A program made the position numbers and the translations under genes. Positions 23,701-35,700 of a DNA stretch of 64,000 nucleotides are shown piece by piece. Positions within the stretch are counted from its first letter, which is position 1, and every line of letters starts with the position of its first letter. Below the pieces are notes generated by a model. It searched no databases, was not told the origin of the DNA, and saw only the letters and a program-made list of their open reading frames with translations. Source of the DNA: Lama glama (Eukaryota); contig CM052832.1 of NCBI GenBank assembly GCA_028534125.1, positions 19,284,001 to 19,348,000 of the forward strand, written 5' to 3'.

Positions 23701-26700
23701 TCTCCTGTCGTTCCCGCATTGGCCAAACCCAACCCAACCCAAGCCAGAGGGCTAAGAAGTCAGCTGAGGCAGGTCATCTCAGAGGCACAGCACAGGATGG
23801 AGTAGGATGGAGAGCAGGTCTGGGGGACAGACAAAAGACAACCAGTACAGAGGGTCACTGCATAAACCATTTTTGGAATTTTAAGGTCATCAGCCATTAT
23901 CCTATTTTTTCTTTAACACAGTGATGCCTTTAAAGTCAATGAAATGTTTAGAGCTACTCACTCTTACAGTTATGATCTCAGATAACCAAGCTTTTGTGTT
24001 TCTCATATTTGTAAGGTTTTTTTGTTTCTCTCTTAATCTGTTAACTCTCCTTTCTTTGTCCTATTTTGCCTGCTTGTTGAGGTTCTCTTTGTAATAACAG
24101 AATAACCTATTTCTAATTTAGCACTTCCCAAACTGTAACGTCTCTTGATATTTTACCAGTTCATTGATACCTTACATAAAAAAGAAAGAAGTAAAAGATT
24201 AATTTTGTCCATTAAATTTGAGATGCTTTTGCTTAACAAATGCCATGTTTAGAGATGGACAAAACACACAGTAATAAAGGTTCTGAGAAGAATGTAAGAG
24301 GAATGCAAACTATCCAGAATCGTCTACTTTTTATACATCAATAGATAAGATATCCTTTTATCTGTTATAAAGATTGGGACCAATGTGTGCCGGAAATAAA
24401 GATCAGTTAGAAAGAATTAAGAAAAGCATGTACTGATGACAAGGACTTGGATGCAGATTCCTCTTAGAATTTCTGAATTTTTCCAAATCTTACCTTTGCT
24501 TCATACAGTTCTACTTCAGCAGTAGTTTTTTCTTCTTTGGTGATCGACTTTTATGGCATCTTTGGAAAGTGCTCAAGTTTCTTAGATACTTATTTGCCAA
24601 AGAAGCCACTGTTTTGGGAACTTGTATTTCATCAGTTTACCTAATAGTGAATTAAATTCTGTAATTGCAATCACAAGGACAACTGGCTCTAATAGGATTA
24701 GAAGCAGACCTGCCTGACCCTCTAAACTACAGCACAGCCGTGGGGCCCGACGTGCCTGGGCCTGCACCGTGGCCTGTTAGCTGCCAGCATCCAGCGTGCC
24801 CTGGGATGTGGCCCTTTTCTTTTATGATATTCAGAGAGAACAAAGAGTTTTGGTTCATCTGACGATTTGGTTGTAAGAAGGTTTGTCAAAGAGCAACCAT
24901 TATACTTAATTCTGGATTTCGACCATGTTCTGTAAAATGGGAACGGGAAGTTTATCTCTAGGAAGACTGATGGAGGAAATCGCATTTCTTAGTTACAACT
25001 TCTTTGAAAATCATTTTCAGAGAAACCAATGACTTAAAACTGGTTGGGCTATTTTTACTTTAACAACAGTATAAAAAAGTTGACCTGAGGGATCTGAACT
25101 CTGGAGTTTTGCTTTCGATTATCCCTGTGACGTCTGACATTCCACGAAGAATCTGGCATTTGAAGGTTTACAGTAGATGTCAGTTTCTGCCTTTTTATCC
25201 CTCTTGCAGGAATAAAGAGGTATATGGGACACCGCTTTGCCCACTCTTGGGGCCTGTACCATTTAATGATAATTATAAATGCTTGATAGCCTTTGGAATA
25301 TCTGCTTTTGTGCTGTTAGGGAGGCTGACTGTGATGGAAAAGATGGTTAAAAAAACCAAAAAACCTTCAACTTATCTCCTTAGCTTTAGGGCACAGAAAT
25401 TGAAAACACTTCCAACTTTTTTTTTTAAGTATAGTTGATAGGTTATTACAAGGTATTGAATATAGCTCCCTGTGCTGTACAGTAGGACCTTGTTGTTTAT
25501 CTGTTTTATATACAGTAGTTTGTATCTGCTCATCCCCAACTCCCAATCTGTCCATCCTCCCCCTTTCCCCTTTGGTAATGATAAGTTTGTTTTCTATGTC
25601 TCTGAGTCTCTTTCTATTTTGTAAGTAGGTTCATTTGTATCATTGTTTAAGATTCTACATATAAGTGATATCATATGATATTTGTCCTTCTCTGTCTGAC
25701 TTACTTCACTTAATATGATGATCTCTAGGTCCATCCATGTTGCTGAAAATGACATTATTTCATTTTTTATGGCTGAGTAACATTCCATTGTATATATATA
25801 TTCCATTGTGTGTGTGTATACACACACACACACACACACATACACCACAGCTTCTTTATCCAGTCATCTGTTGATGGACATTTAGGTTGCTTCCATGTCT
25901 TGGCTATTGTAAACAGTGCTGCTGTGAACACTGGGGTGCATGTATATTTTTGAATTAGAGTTTTCTTGGGATATATGGCCAGGAGTGGGACTGCTGGGTC
26001 ATATGGTAACTCTATGTTTAGTTTTTTAAGGACCCTCCATGCTGTTCTCCATAGTGGCTTCACCACATTACATTACTACCAAGAATGTAGGAGGGTTCCC
26101 TTTTCTCCACACCCTTTCCAGCATTTATTGTTTGAAAATAATTCCAACCTTTCTTGCAGCCTAGCTGTTTCCAGATGCTACAAGCTGTTTGGGCTCCTTT
26201 TTCTTCTAACTGGCCCTTCTTTTCTAGAGGCTTCCTTTGAACATTGACCCAGGAAGCCAAGGGGCTTGGAGGGGAGAAGGAGACGGGACACAGCAAGGCA
26301 GCAGGCAGTAGTGGAAGATTTGATTGAGAATCTCCAACTGTTTCAGAAAGAATCCTGAGGCCTGCTTTTGCTTTACCAGGACAATTCCATGATGTGTCTG
26401 AGAGCACTCACTGGACTCCATTTCTCACTGCGAGCGTTCATTATATCCGTGAGAACTACCCTCTTCCCTGGGATAAGGTAGGCGCAGCCTCCAATCCTAA
26501 AAATGCTCGGTTCCAGGCCTGCCAAGTCCTGTTTTTGCACCTGCATTACACCCACTGGGACTCCACCCCCCAGACTCTGTGAGAGCTTCTCACCATTGCT
26601 CCTTCAGTGCCAAACACAGCTCGTGGGACGGCGCTGGTGGCTAGGTGGCTAGTTAATACCTGAATACATGATTTTTTTTTTTTTTAGTTTCGCATACGTC

Positions 26701-29700
26701 ACTTGGTCGATTTGCTCCAATAGTAAATTAATCTGAAAGCAGTTCCAAGGCACTAGAAAACATTTCCAAAAGTCCTTCATGTGTTTTGGGTACTAGAAAC
26801 TACAATGTACCTGTCTCTGATTTTTTATTTTTTTTGGTTAAGTTTCAATAATGGAAATGAATTCATATTTATGAAAACTTTTAATGGGATTGTTATAAAA
26901 TAACCCAAACACACATGACTCTAGTTTGCTTATTTGGCAGGACACAGAGAAATTGGTAGCATTCCTGTTTGGAATTACCTCTCACATGGTGGCAGACGTC
27001 AGCTGGCACAGCCTGGGCATTGAACAGGGCTTCCTTAGGACGATGGGAGCTGTGAGTACTTATCTTTGGGTTAATGACTGTATGGGCGTGGCTCTGTCAT
27101 ACCCAAGATCCAAAACAGACCCTTATGAAAAGAAAAACTTTACGTGATTCAGATGTCATGTGGAGACGAGACTCTTTGCCCAAAGCAGTATTTGTTAGAT
27201 TTCTATCTTGTCCTGTTCATTCCTTTTACTCTTCTTGCTACCTGGGTAAATTCATCCACATGGGCAGAATGACTCCTGTGCCCTGAAAACAGCCACTGGT
27301 GGGATGTTCTGTTTTAGTCACAAACAAGATTTGAGAAATTTTCTGTTTTATTCAAGCTGTGCATCTTAACAAGGGGATGCATACCTTACTACTTGATTCT
27401 ATTTAAAAGTAATCATTTCACATTTTTTTTTGTTTTGTTTTTTTTCTTTCCTTTTCACTTGTCTATATGAAGATGCTATATCCCCACACTGAAAATTGTG
27501 ATCTTACCTGATGACTTAGTTTCTGAAAGTCCCCTCTGGACATTCATTGGTATAAATACCATTCAGTGAGAAGTTTTAACTTGTGCTTAGTGGAGATTTT
27601 GTATATCCTATCAGATGCAAAGGTCTGCAGTAGCTTATCTGCTATAAAACATGAAGTATACAACTCAGCTTCCAGTATAATTTTTTAGGACAGGGTGGTA
27701 GTTAGGTTTTTATTCATTGTTCTTTTATTAATGGAGGCACTGGGGACTGAACCCAGGACCTCATACATGCTAAGTACATGCTCTACACTGAGCTATACCT
27801 TCCTCCCTAATTTTTTAACAAATAAAATAAAGTTAAATGTTCCTTTGAAAAGTGCATCTGCCCACTAGGCGTCCTCAGCAGTCCTTTGGGTGAGGCTGTC
27901 ATCTCCCCACTCCTTGCTTAACAGTGGGCTAGGAGTTTGGGCTTCAATTTATGATACATACCAGATGGTTCTCTCTCTTTCTCAGATTGATTTTCACAAC
28001 TCCTATTCCGAGGCACATCCGACTGGTGATTTCGGTACTGTTTGTTTATGTTTGTCAAAGTCTCTTCTGTGGGAGTTATATTTCACTTGCAATGAAGTCA
28101 CTACTGTACCTTAAATATGTCTTTTTTCCATCTCTTCCAATAGCCTGTGCTAATTAGCCTTCTGTTTTAATATTGCTGTTCATTTAGAGTACAGGCATAC
28201 CTCACTTAATATAGAGGTGTACTTCTGAAAAGTGGTGTATATGTATTTTTTATTTAAAAAATCACATTTCATTACTGACTTGTCATAATTTTAGAAAAGC
28301 TTTACTTTTATGTCAGATTAAAATTCATTACCAAGTGTCTCCTAATACTTTAGCTTTAAATTGGTAAATTTCACCTTTTTTCTGTAGTAAATTACCTTTA
28401 ACTATACAAAGTGAATGGTGAGTGGTGATGATTTAAAGAACCCTCATGGTCCACCTTAAAGTAAAAAACCTTTTTGTTACATGGGTAGTTCTCTTCTTTT
28501 CTTTGTATATATGTATTTTTTTTTATTGAAGTATCTCTTCTTTTTAAAAATTTTTATTTTATTTTTTAGGGTTGGATAATTAGGTTTATTTATTTCTTTT
28601 AATGCGGGCACTGGGGATTGAACCCAGGACCTCATGCATGCTAAGCATGTGCTCTACCACTAAGCTATACACTCCCCTGCTCCTGGGTGATCCTTTCTTA
28701 ATTCATGTGTTTCACTAGCTAAGACTTTAAAAGATCACTTTTTCTTAAAGACACACCTATACCTAAAATAATGAAAAGAAACCTGTAACAGTGTGAAGAA
28801 CTAATTACCTGGAGTATGCAAATTTGTGCTCCAAGCAGCATGCTGTGTACTGTCACTAATGCACCAAATGTAAATGTTTTCTCATATCATAGGAGGAGAC
28901 GTGTTGAGCCAGTTTGAGTTTAACTTTAATTACCTTGCACGGCACTGGTAAGAGCAACGTACGTTTAAATACGGGATACCTAAATGGCAATTGGGAGCTT
29001 GACTCGTTTTTTTCCTTAGAAAATAGAACTTACAATGTCATTAGGAGTCTTCTGCATTTGTAAATAAGAAGTAAAACTACAGATTTGAGCAGTCTGAGTA
29101 CAAGATATTGAACTTTAATTAAAAAAATTAAAAAAAATGAATAGTCTAGATTCTTTTAGAGATATGTGAATTACACCAAACATGTAAGATAATGTATGTT
29201 TATAAATAAAAAGGATGCTGCTCACCCGTGTAGTTGCCACTCAGTTTACGAAATAGAGCATTCCTGGGATCTAGAAGCTCCACGCCTTCCCTCCTCTGTC
29301 ACATCACCTTCTCTGTCTCCAGGGATAACCACTGCCTTAAGGTTTTCTGTTACTCATTTTTTTGCTTTTCTCTATAGTTTTACTACCTAGGGATGTATGC
29401 ATATGCAAAATAGTACATGGTTCTTCACTTTAGATGATTAGAATTACACAGCTTGTGTTCTTCTTAAGATGAAATTTAATTGAAATTTTTAAGATTTAAT
29501 TTCTTGCTTAAAATGATCTTTCTGTGATTTAGTCATATTGATAAGTTTGGCTGTAGTTCATTCATTTTCACCACTCTGTAGTCCTCCATGTACCAAAATG
29601 AATCAGCTTCATTCTAATGTTAATGGATGTGTAGGCAGTGTTAAGTGGTTTTGCTTCATACATAGTGTTGCTATGAGCATTTTTGTACCTACATTTGTGC

Positions 29701-32700
29701 ACTGGAGGGGAATCTCTTTCAAGTAACCGGCACCAGAAGTGGAATTGCAGGGCTGTAGGGTTTATGCCTGATGAACTGAACTAAGAAATCCCAGACGCTC
29801 ATTCAGAATGATCTTCCCAGTTTATACTCCCATCCGCTTTGTTCTCCTGCTTCTGTGTTCTCCAGTACTTGGTATTGTTGAACTTAAACACTTTTTAAAA
29901 ACATGTTTGGTGTGTAATGGTACCTCCTTAAGCTTTTAATTTGCATTTCCCAGATTCCTAAAGAGGCTGAATATTCATATTTTATTGATCACTTGTGTTT
30001 CACTTTAAGTGAAAATCCTGTTTGGTTTTTAGCCTGTTTTTCTGTTGGATTGTTTGTCCTTTTTATTTGAGTGTTCTTTGTATATTCTGGCTTCTAATCT
30101 TTTGTCACTTTATCATTTATTTGTTACAAGTATCTTTTTATAGTTTGTGGCAAGTCTTTTAACTTGTTTTATGGTGTATCTTGATAAACAGAATTTGTTA
30201 ATTTTAATGTTGTTGAATATTTCAGTCCTTTCCTTTGGGATTTGTACTTTTGATGTCTAATTTCAGAAACCCTCTCGCACCTTGAGGGCATGAAAGTTAT
30301 TCTACACAGCCTTCTAAATCTTTTATAAGTTTCATTTTTTAACTTTATATCTTTAATTTACCTGGACTTAATTTTTTGTATACTCTGATAGAAATTTTAT
30401 TTTTTTCTTTAGAGATAACTTACTGTCTCAGAACCATTTATCAACAGTCTATCCTTTCCTCATTGATCGGCAGTGCCCTCTCTGACATAAATTAAAATTC
30501 CTTATGTATGTGGGTCAGTTTCTGGGACTTCCATCATGTTCTATTGGTCTAATTGACTATCTCTGAGTAATATTGATTTTTAAAATGACAACAGCGTTAC
30601 AACACATTTTGACGTCTATTAGGGCTGACTACCCAACCTGTTGTTTTTCTTCAAACATACCTTGTCTAGTCTCTTGCCTTGGCTCTTTCAAATAAAGTGG
30701 TAAGATCAAGCTGCTATGTTCTAAGAAAAATCCCATTGGAATTTTGATTAGAATTATATTGACTCTAGAGATCAATTGGGAGAGAATTAACAGTTTTGCA
30801 ACACTGAGTCTACTTATCCATAAATATGCTATATATTTTATTCAAGTTGTCTTTAATGACTTTAAAGTTTTATAGGTTTTCCATCAAGGTCTTACATATT
30901 TTATTAGTTTAAAATGATAGTGGATTTTTCCCCCTTGTCATTATGTCAAAGTTTATTATATGTGTTTGAAGGTATGTTGTTAGGTACATTCAAGTTTCAA
31001 AATCTTACATCTTTCTGGTGAATTGACCCTTTTATAATGATGTAGTGATTCTTTAGATCTAACAATGCTCAAGTCTGTTTATAAGATATTATTGTAGTCA
31101 CATTTGCTGTTGTTGTTGTTGTTTGTTTTTTCTTCAGATGTTTACTAAGCAGTCAGAAGATGACATAACTCTATCTCCCAGTCCCAGCCTCACCCCTGAG
31201 CAAGGAGATCTAGGAGTTGGGAGGAGCACTTGCAGAACAAAGAGGAAGCAGAGCTAGGGGCTTGGCAAGCTGATCATTCCTATCCCTGGTCCAGCTGCCT
31301 CAGAACTAAGAGAGGCCCAGCACCAACAGGTCACTCCCAGATTAGATGAGGCCAGCTAGCCTTTGGATGCCCAGGAAGAGGTGGTGGCAGCAGTGACATG
31401 CGAGGTCCCCCGACTCTCCACACAGGGTAGTCTGCACTGGATTAGACGTCCATTTCAAATTGTGCCTCACTGGGGATCTGGTCTTCTTTCAGTTATATTC
31501 TGCAGTGACTGAATTTCTCGAGGCTTGAGGTAGATTCGCTTTTCTCCAGAGAGGGTTTGTTCTTGCCTTGTGCAGGCTGGCTCTAGGCACATCAACCTGG
31601 GACCACATTCAGTTACATTCAGTCCTTGAAGTTGTTCGGACTACACAGATAGCATGCATGCAAGGGTAAACATTTGTGGGGCTGAGAGTGGTTACCAATT
31701 CTAGGGGCAGATATTTTCCCCTCTCTATCCATTGCCAAGTTGAAGACAGGCAGGTTTCTTTGCGTCCTTGTTAGTATGTTGGGTTTATTCCCAGCTAATA
31801 CTCATGCAGAAGGGGTAGACTTTCATGCAGAGTCTCCTCTGAGATGGTCCACTTTGGGTGGTTTCTATACTTTATTCCCTGTCTCCTGCACACCAGGCAG
31901 CCATCAGAAAACCCCTGGGTTCCCACAGTTTGGCAGATGTCTTCAGGGCGAAATCTGGCTTTCCCACTCGTTTACCTCCCAAAGTTTCCAGTTTCTATTT
32001 GGTTTTGGCCTTAGAAAATTTTCACTTTTTTGTTAGCTGGGTGATTCATTAAAAAAAATATATTTTTGTTATTTTGTCCAGACTTTTAAGCTAAGTTTAT
32101 TGGGTGGACCATTCTAGTGCTCTTATAAAAATAAAAAATGGACATCTCAACAGATTCCTTCTTATAAATATACTAAAATTTATTGATTGTGATTGCTGTC
32201 TGGTATATTCTAAGGTTTTTGAAATAAAGATAAAAGATGACTCAGTTTAAATCTAATTTTTAAGGTGCTGCTCATCTTCCAACTGAAATAACTAATATCT
32301 GTGAACCTAAAGCTTGAGTTAGAATTTTTTTTTATTACCTTGCACTGTTTACTCTGAAAGTAGGATGTTCAGGGTGAGGAGCCATTTTTGGTGTTTTTGA
32401 AACAATGATTCTAGTGAATAATTCAACTTAAAAGAATAAAAATAGTTTATATTGCTCCTTGAACTATGAATTCACAAAGCTAAACATCCCTTTTATACTT
32501 TATAGTTAGTTTCCTATCTTTGCATAAATATTTGATTAAGGTACCAGTTGTTCACTTTGCAGCACTGGGCAAATTATTGAACTTTATTACCTTAGTGTCC
32601 TGTATGTGAAGTAGGAGGATGATAGTACCAACCAGGTGGTTGGTAGGATTAAATAAATAATGTATATGAAGCCCTTTGCATGGTGTCTGGCACATAATAA

Positions 32701-35700
32701 TCTTGGACTAATTGGTAGTTGCTGCTGTTAATGACCTTCAACTTCAGAATCAAAACAATTTGTAACTTGATTCTAATGCTTTTCTCAGGTACGTGCCCGT
32801 TGAAGATCTGCTGGAAATTTACAAGAAACTCTATGGCCGAGAAGTCATCACCAAAAAAGCCATTGTTGACTGTTCATACCTTCAGTTCTTGGAAATGTAA
32901 GTGTAACAAGGGGAAAATTTGTAACGGATTTTGCTGTGACTTCGTTAGCACAGTTTCCAATGTTGTAGTTTCCTGAGAGTGGACTTTGGATTTATGGATT
33001 TTGCTTGTTCAAAGGCAGTTGCTTTTGAATTCCTTCTTCATTTATTTGCTTCACTTCTTTGTGGAAGCCCCATCTCACTGGCAAAATTATTGTTTCTGTT
33101 GCAGGTATGGTGAGATGTTAGCTGTTTCCAAGGTAAAGGTGTCATTCTTCAAAATCTTAAAGAGTTATAAAGATACCAAGAGTAACACCTTATTTATTTA
33201 TTGACTTACTTCTCTTTCTCTCTGCCATAGCTTTACCCCGCTTACTCCAGAAAGTCCCCGTTTTTGGTGGAACAGTTTCAAGAATACTTCCTCGGTGGAC
33301 TGGACGACATGATGTTTTGGTCCAGTAATATATACCATCTAACGAGCTTCATGTTAGAGAATGGAACCAGGTGAATTATTACTCTTTCTCCTACCAGTCA
33401 CTCCCTGCCTTGCTACCCCTTGTCCCCAACGTAACTCTCAGGTTTTTTAACTGATCAAATGAAGGGGAAAAAAGTTCCAGAAGTACTCTCCCATCCTAAC
33501 CAAGAAGGAAAAGAATGGAAACTGTCATGTCAAAGCTCCAACTGGTTCCCATCTGGTTAGACTTGCTGATGTCTCTCCTGTTTTAGGGATGGAGCGGTAG
33601 ATACTGCAGAATTTTCATCTATGAGAAATGGCTCAGGTGGGAAGGAATCCACTTCCACTGTTGTGCTGCCTCTGTTTCTTTGGGGAAGAAGAGTTTCTTT
33701 TGGGAAGGAGCTCTCTGCAGGCTCCAGCAAAGGATGTGGCGATCTTTACCCTCACCCCGACTGGACCTCTCTGGGTTCAGGGGTTACAAAGGGTACTCCA
33801 CCTAACCCCCACTCTCCAAAATAAAATCTGAAATGAGAGTGTTCATCAAGCACAGCCTCTGTTGGGCTCTGACATCTAGCCCAGAGGGGATAGCTTTTCA
33901 ACCTCCAGCTCCTTCTCTGTTCCTCCCCAGCACACCCAGGACGAATGTCAACCAGAGATTCAGGTGAGGCGTAGACCAGGGTGGCTGGTCTTATCCCCAC
34001 TTCCAGCTGTAGTAGACATTTTGGCTCTCACAGGATCTACCTGTAGTCTGAGGGAGCCAGGGTTCTAGCAGAACCTATTTCCAACCATACCTGTGAGGAT
34101 GCAGCCGCTCCCATGCTGCCGAACTGAGCAGGATAGGGATGGGTCTGGATAGGGGCCATTGGAGGCAGCACTTGCTGCTGGCCAAGGACAGGGCAGGATG
34201 CTTAAGCAGCAGCCACAGCACTGAGAAAGAGATTCTGTGATAAGAGCTGCACTTGGGTGGCTATTCTAGGTGAAGATCATAGCAAGGTTGGGGTTTATAG
34301 GCTTGGTGGCCCTTATAGGCATAGCTCTAGAAGAGTATACACTGGATGAAGTTACTTTGCCCTTAGAAATATTTGCTAGTATTTAAAGAATGTTAACCAT
34401 AACTATATATATCCTGTTTTATATCATACACACAATGTATATATTGAACACAATTATATATGTTATGTTGATTGGAAACAAAATTCCCTTTGATGGTAAA
34501 TTCGACCCTAGGCTGGTAGATACTAAATTTGCTTTTAAGACTCAGTGAGTAACAATTTGGCAGACAGAAACAATCCAATATAAATACTACTTTTCATAGT
34601 AGAAAATCAACCTGAATTAAAACCCCCAAGCTCTTTGATGACTGTGGGCTTTTAGGCACACAGGAGTTGTAGAGAGGATGAGCTTTGGAATTTAAGAGAC
34701 CCACCTCTCCCTAATGAGTTATCCCGAACACATTGTTAAATCTCCCTGAGCCTTAGTTTCCTCATCTATAAAGTGTAGACAGTAATAATTCTATCTTTAT
34801 CATAGGGTTGTTGTGCCGGGTGAATGAGCTCACTCCTGTGAAGGGTTTAGTGTATAGTAAATGCTTTACTAGTGCGTCAGTGTTTAAAACAAAATGTTTC
34901 AGTGTTGGCCACTAATAGTATTATTCACAGGAAGTTAAGTTTATATTGAGGATTCATAACACATGGCCATGTTAGCGCAAAGGACCTGCATTTATTTGTT
35001 AAGTCCATGTGTATTGATCCTTAAATTGGAAAACAATTTTGGTGTCTGGTTGTTGGCTAGGTTGTCCAAATAGCTAAGGAGCGTTATGCAGCTGGACCTT
35101 ATTTTGTAATTAGGAGGAAGTCACCGAGAAAGAACAGATTTCTTGTCTCTTGATCTGGTCTTCATTTGTCCAGCCAGAAAATTCCATGAATGAATCGCAC
35201 CTTTACACACATCTACAAAGAAAGATTCATCAGCATGTTTGGAATTTTATGGGAAATCTGGAGAAGGCTCCAAAGACGGGCAACATGAATTCATGACAGG
35301 AAGAAAAACATGTATTTTTATATTATAAACGTTTCTTTACTTACTAATAGGTGATCTTCCAAAGAAAATTTGTGTTCCTTGAAACTCACCAGATATTTTC
35401 TTAATAAAATAACAGTAGTTACACTTACAGTTAGAATTTTCTTAACTCAAAAAGTATCTGTAACTGTAATGCTAATCTTGTAAGACTGCCGTCCAAATCC
35501 TGGTGGTGGAGACAAGAGAATTTGCGAAAAAATCTTTTCCTCAGCTTAAAGCTGGCCTGAAGAAAGATTTTGATGGACAAAGTTTGCCTTCAGCTTCTTC
35601 CCATCTCTTTTCTGAATTTCTTTTCCAGCAAATTCCTCTTGCCCCAAGCCCCACACTCCCTTCGTACTGCCTTGAAACTCCCTCAGTGACCTCCGGACAA

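Noticed and set aside
25594..26066. ORFs with recognisable protein similarity on the - strand
   Set aside because: Frameshifted L1 ORF2 C-terminal remnants, not a host gene.
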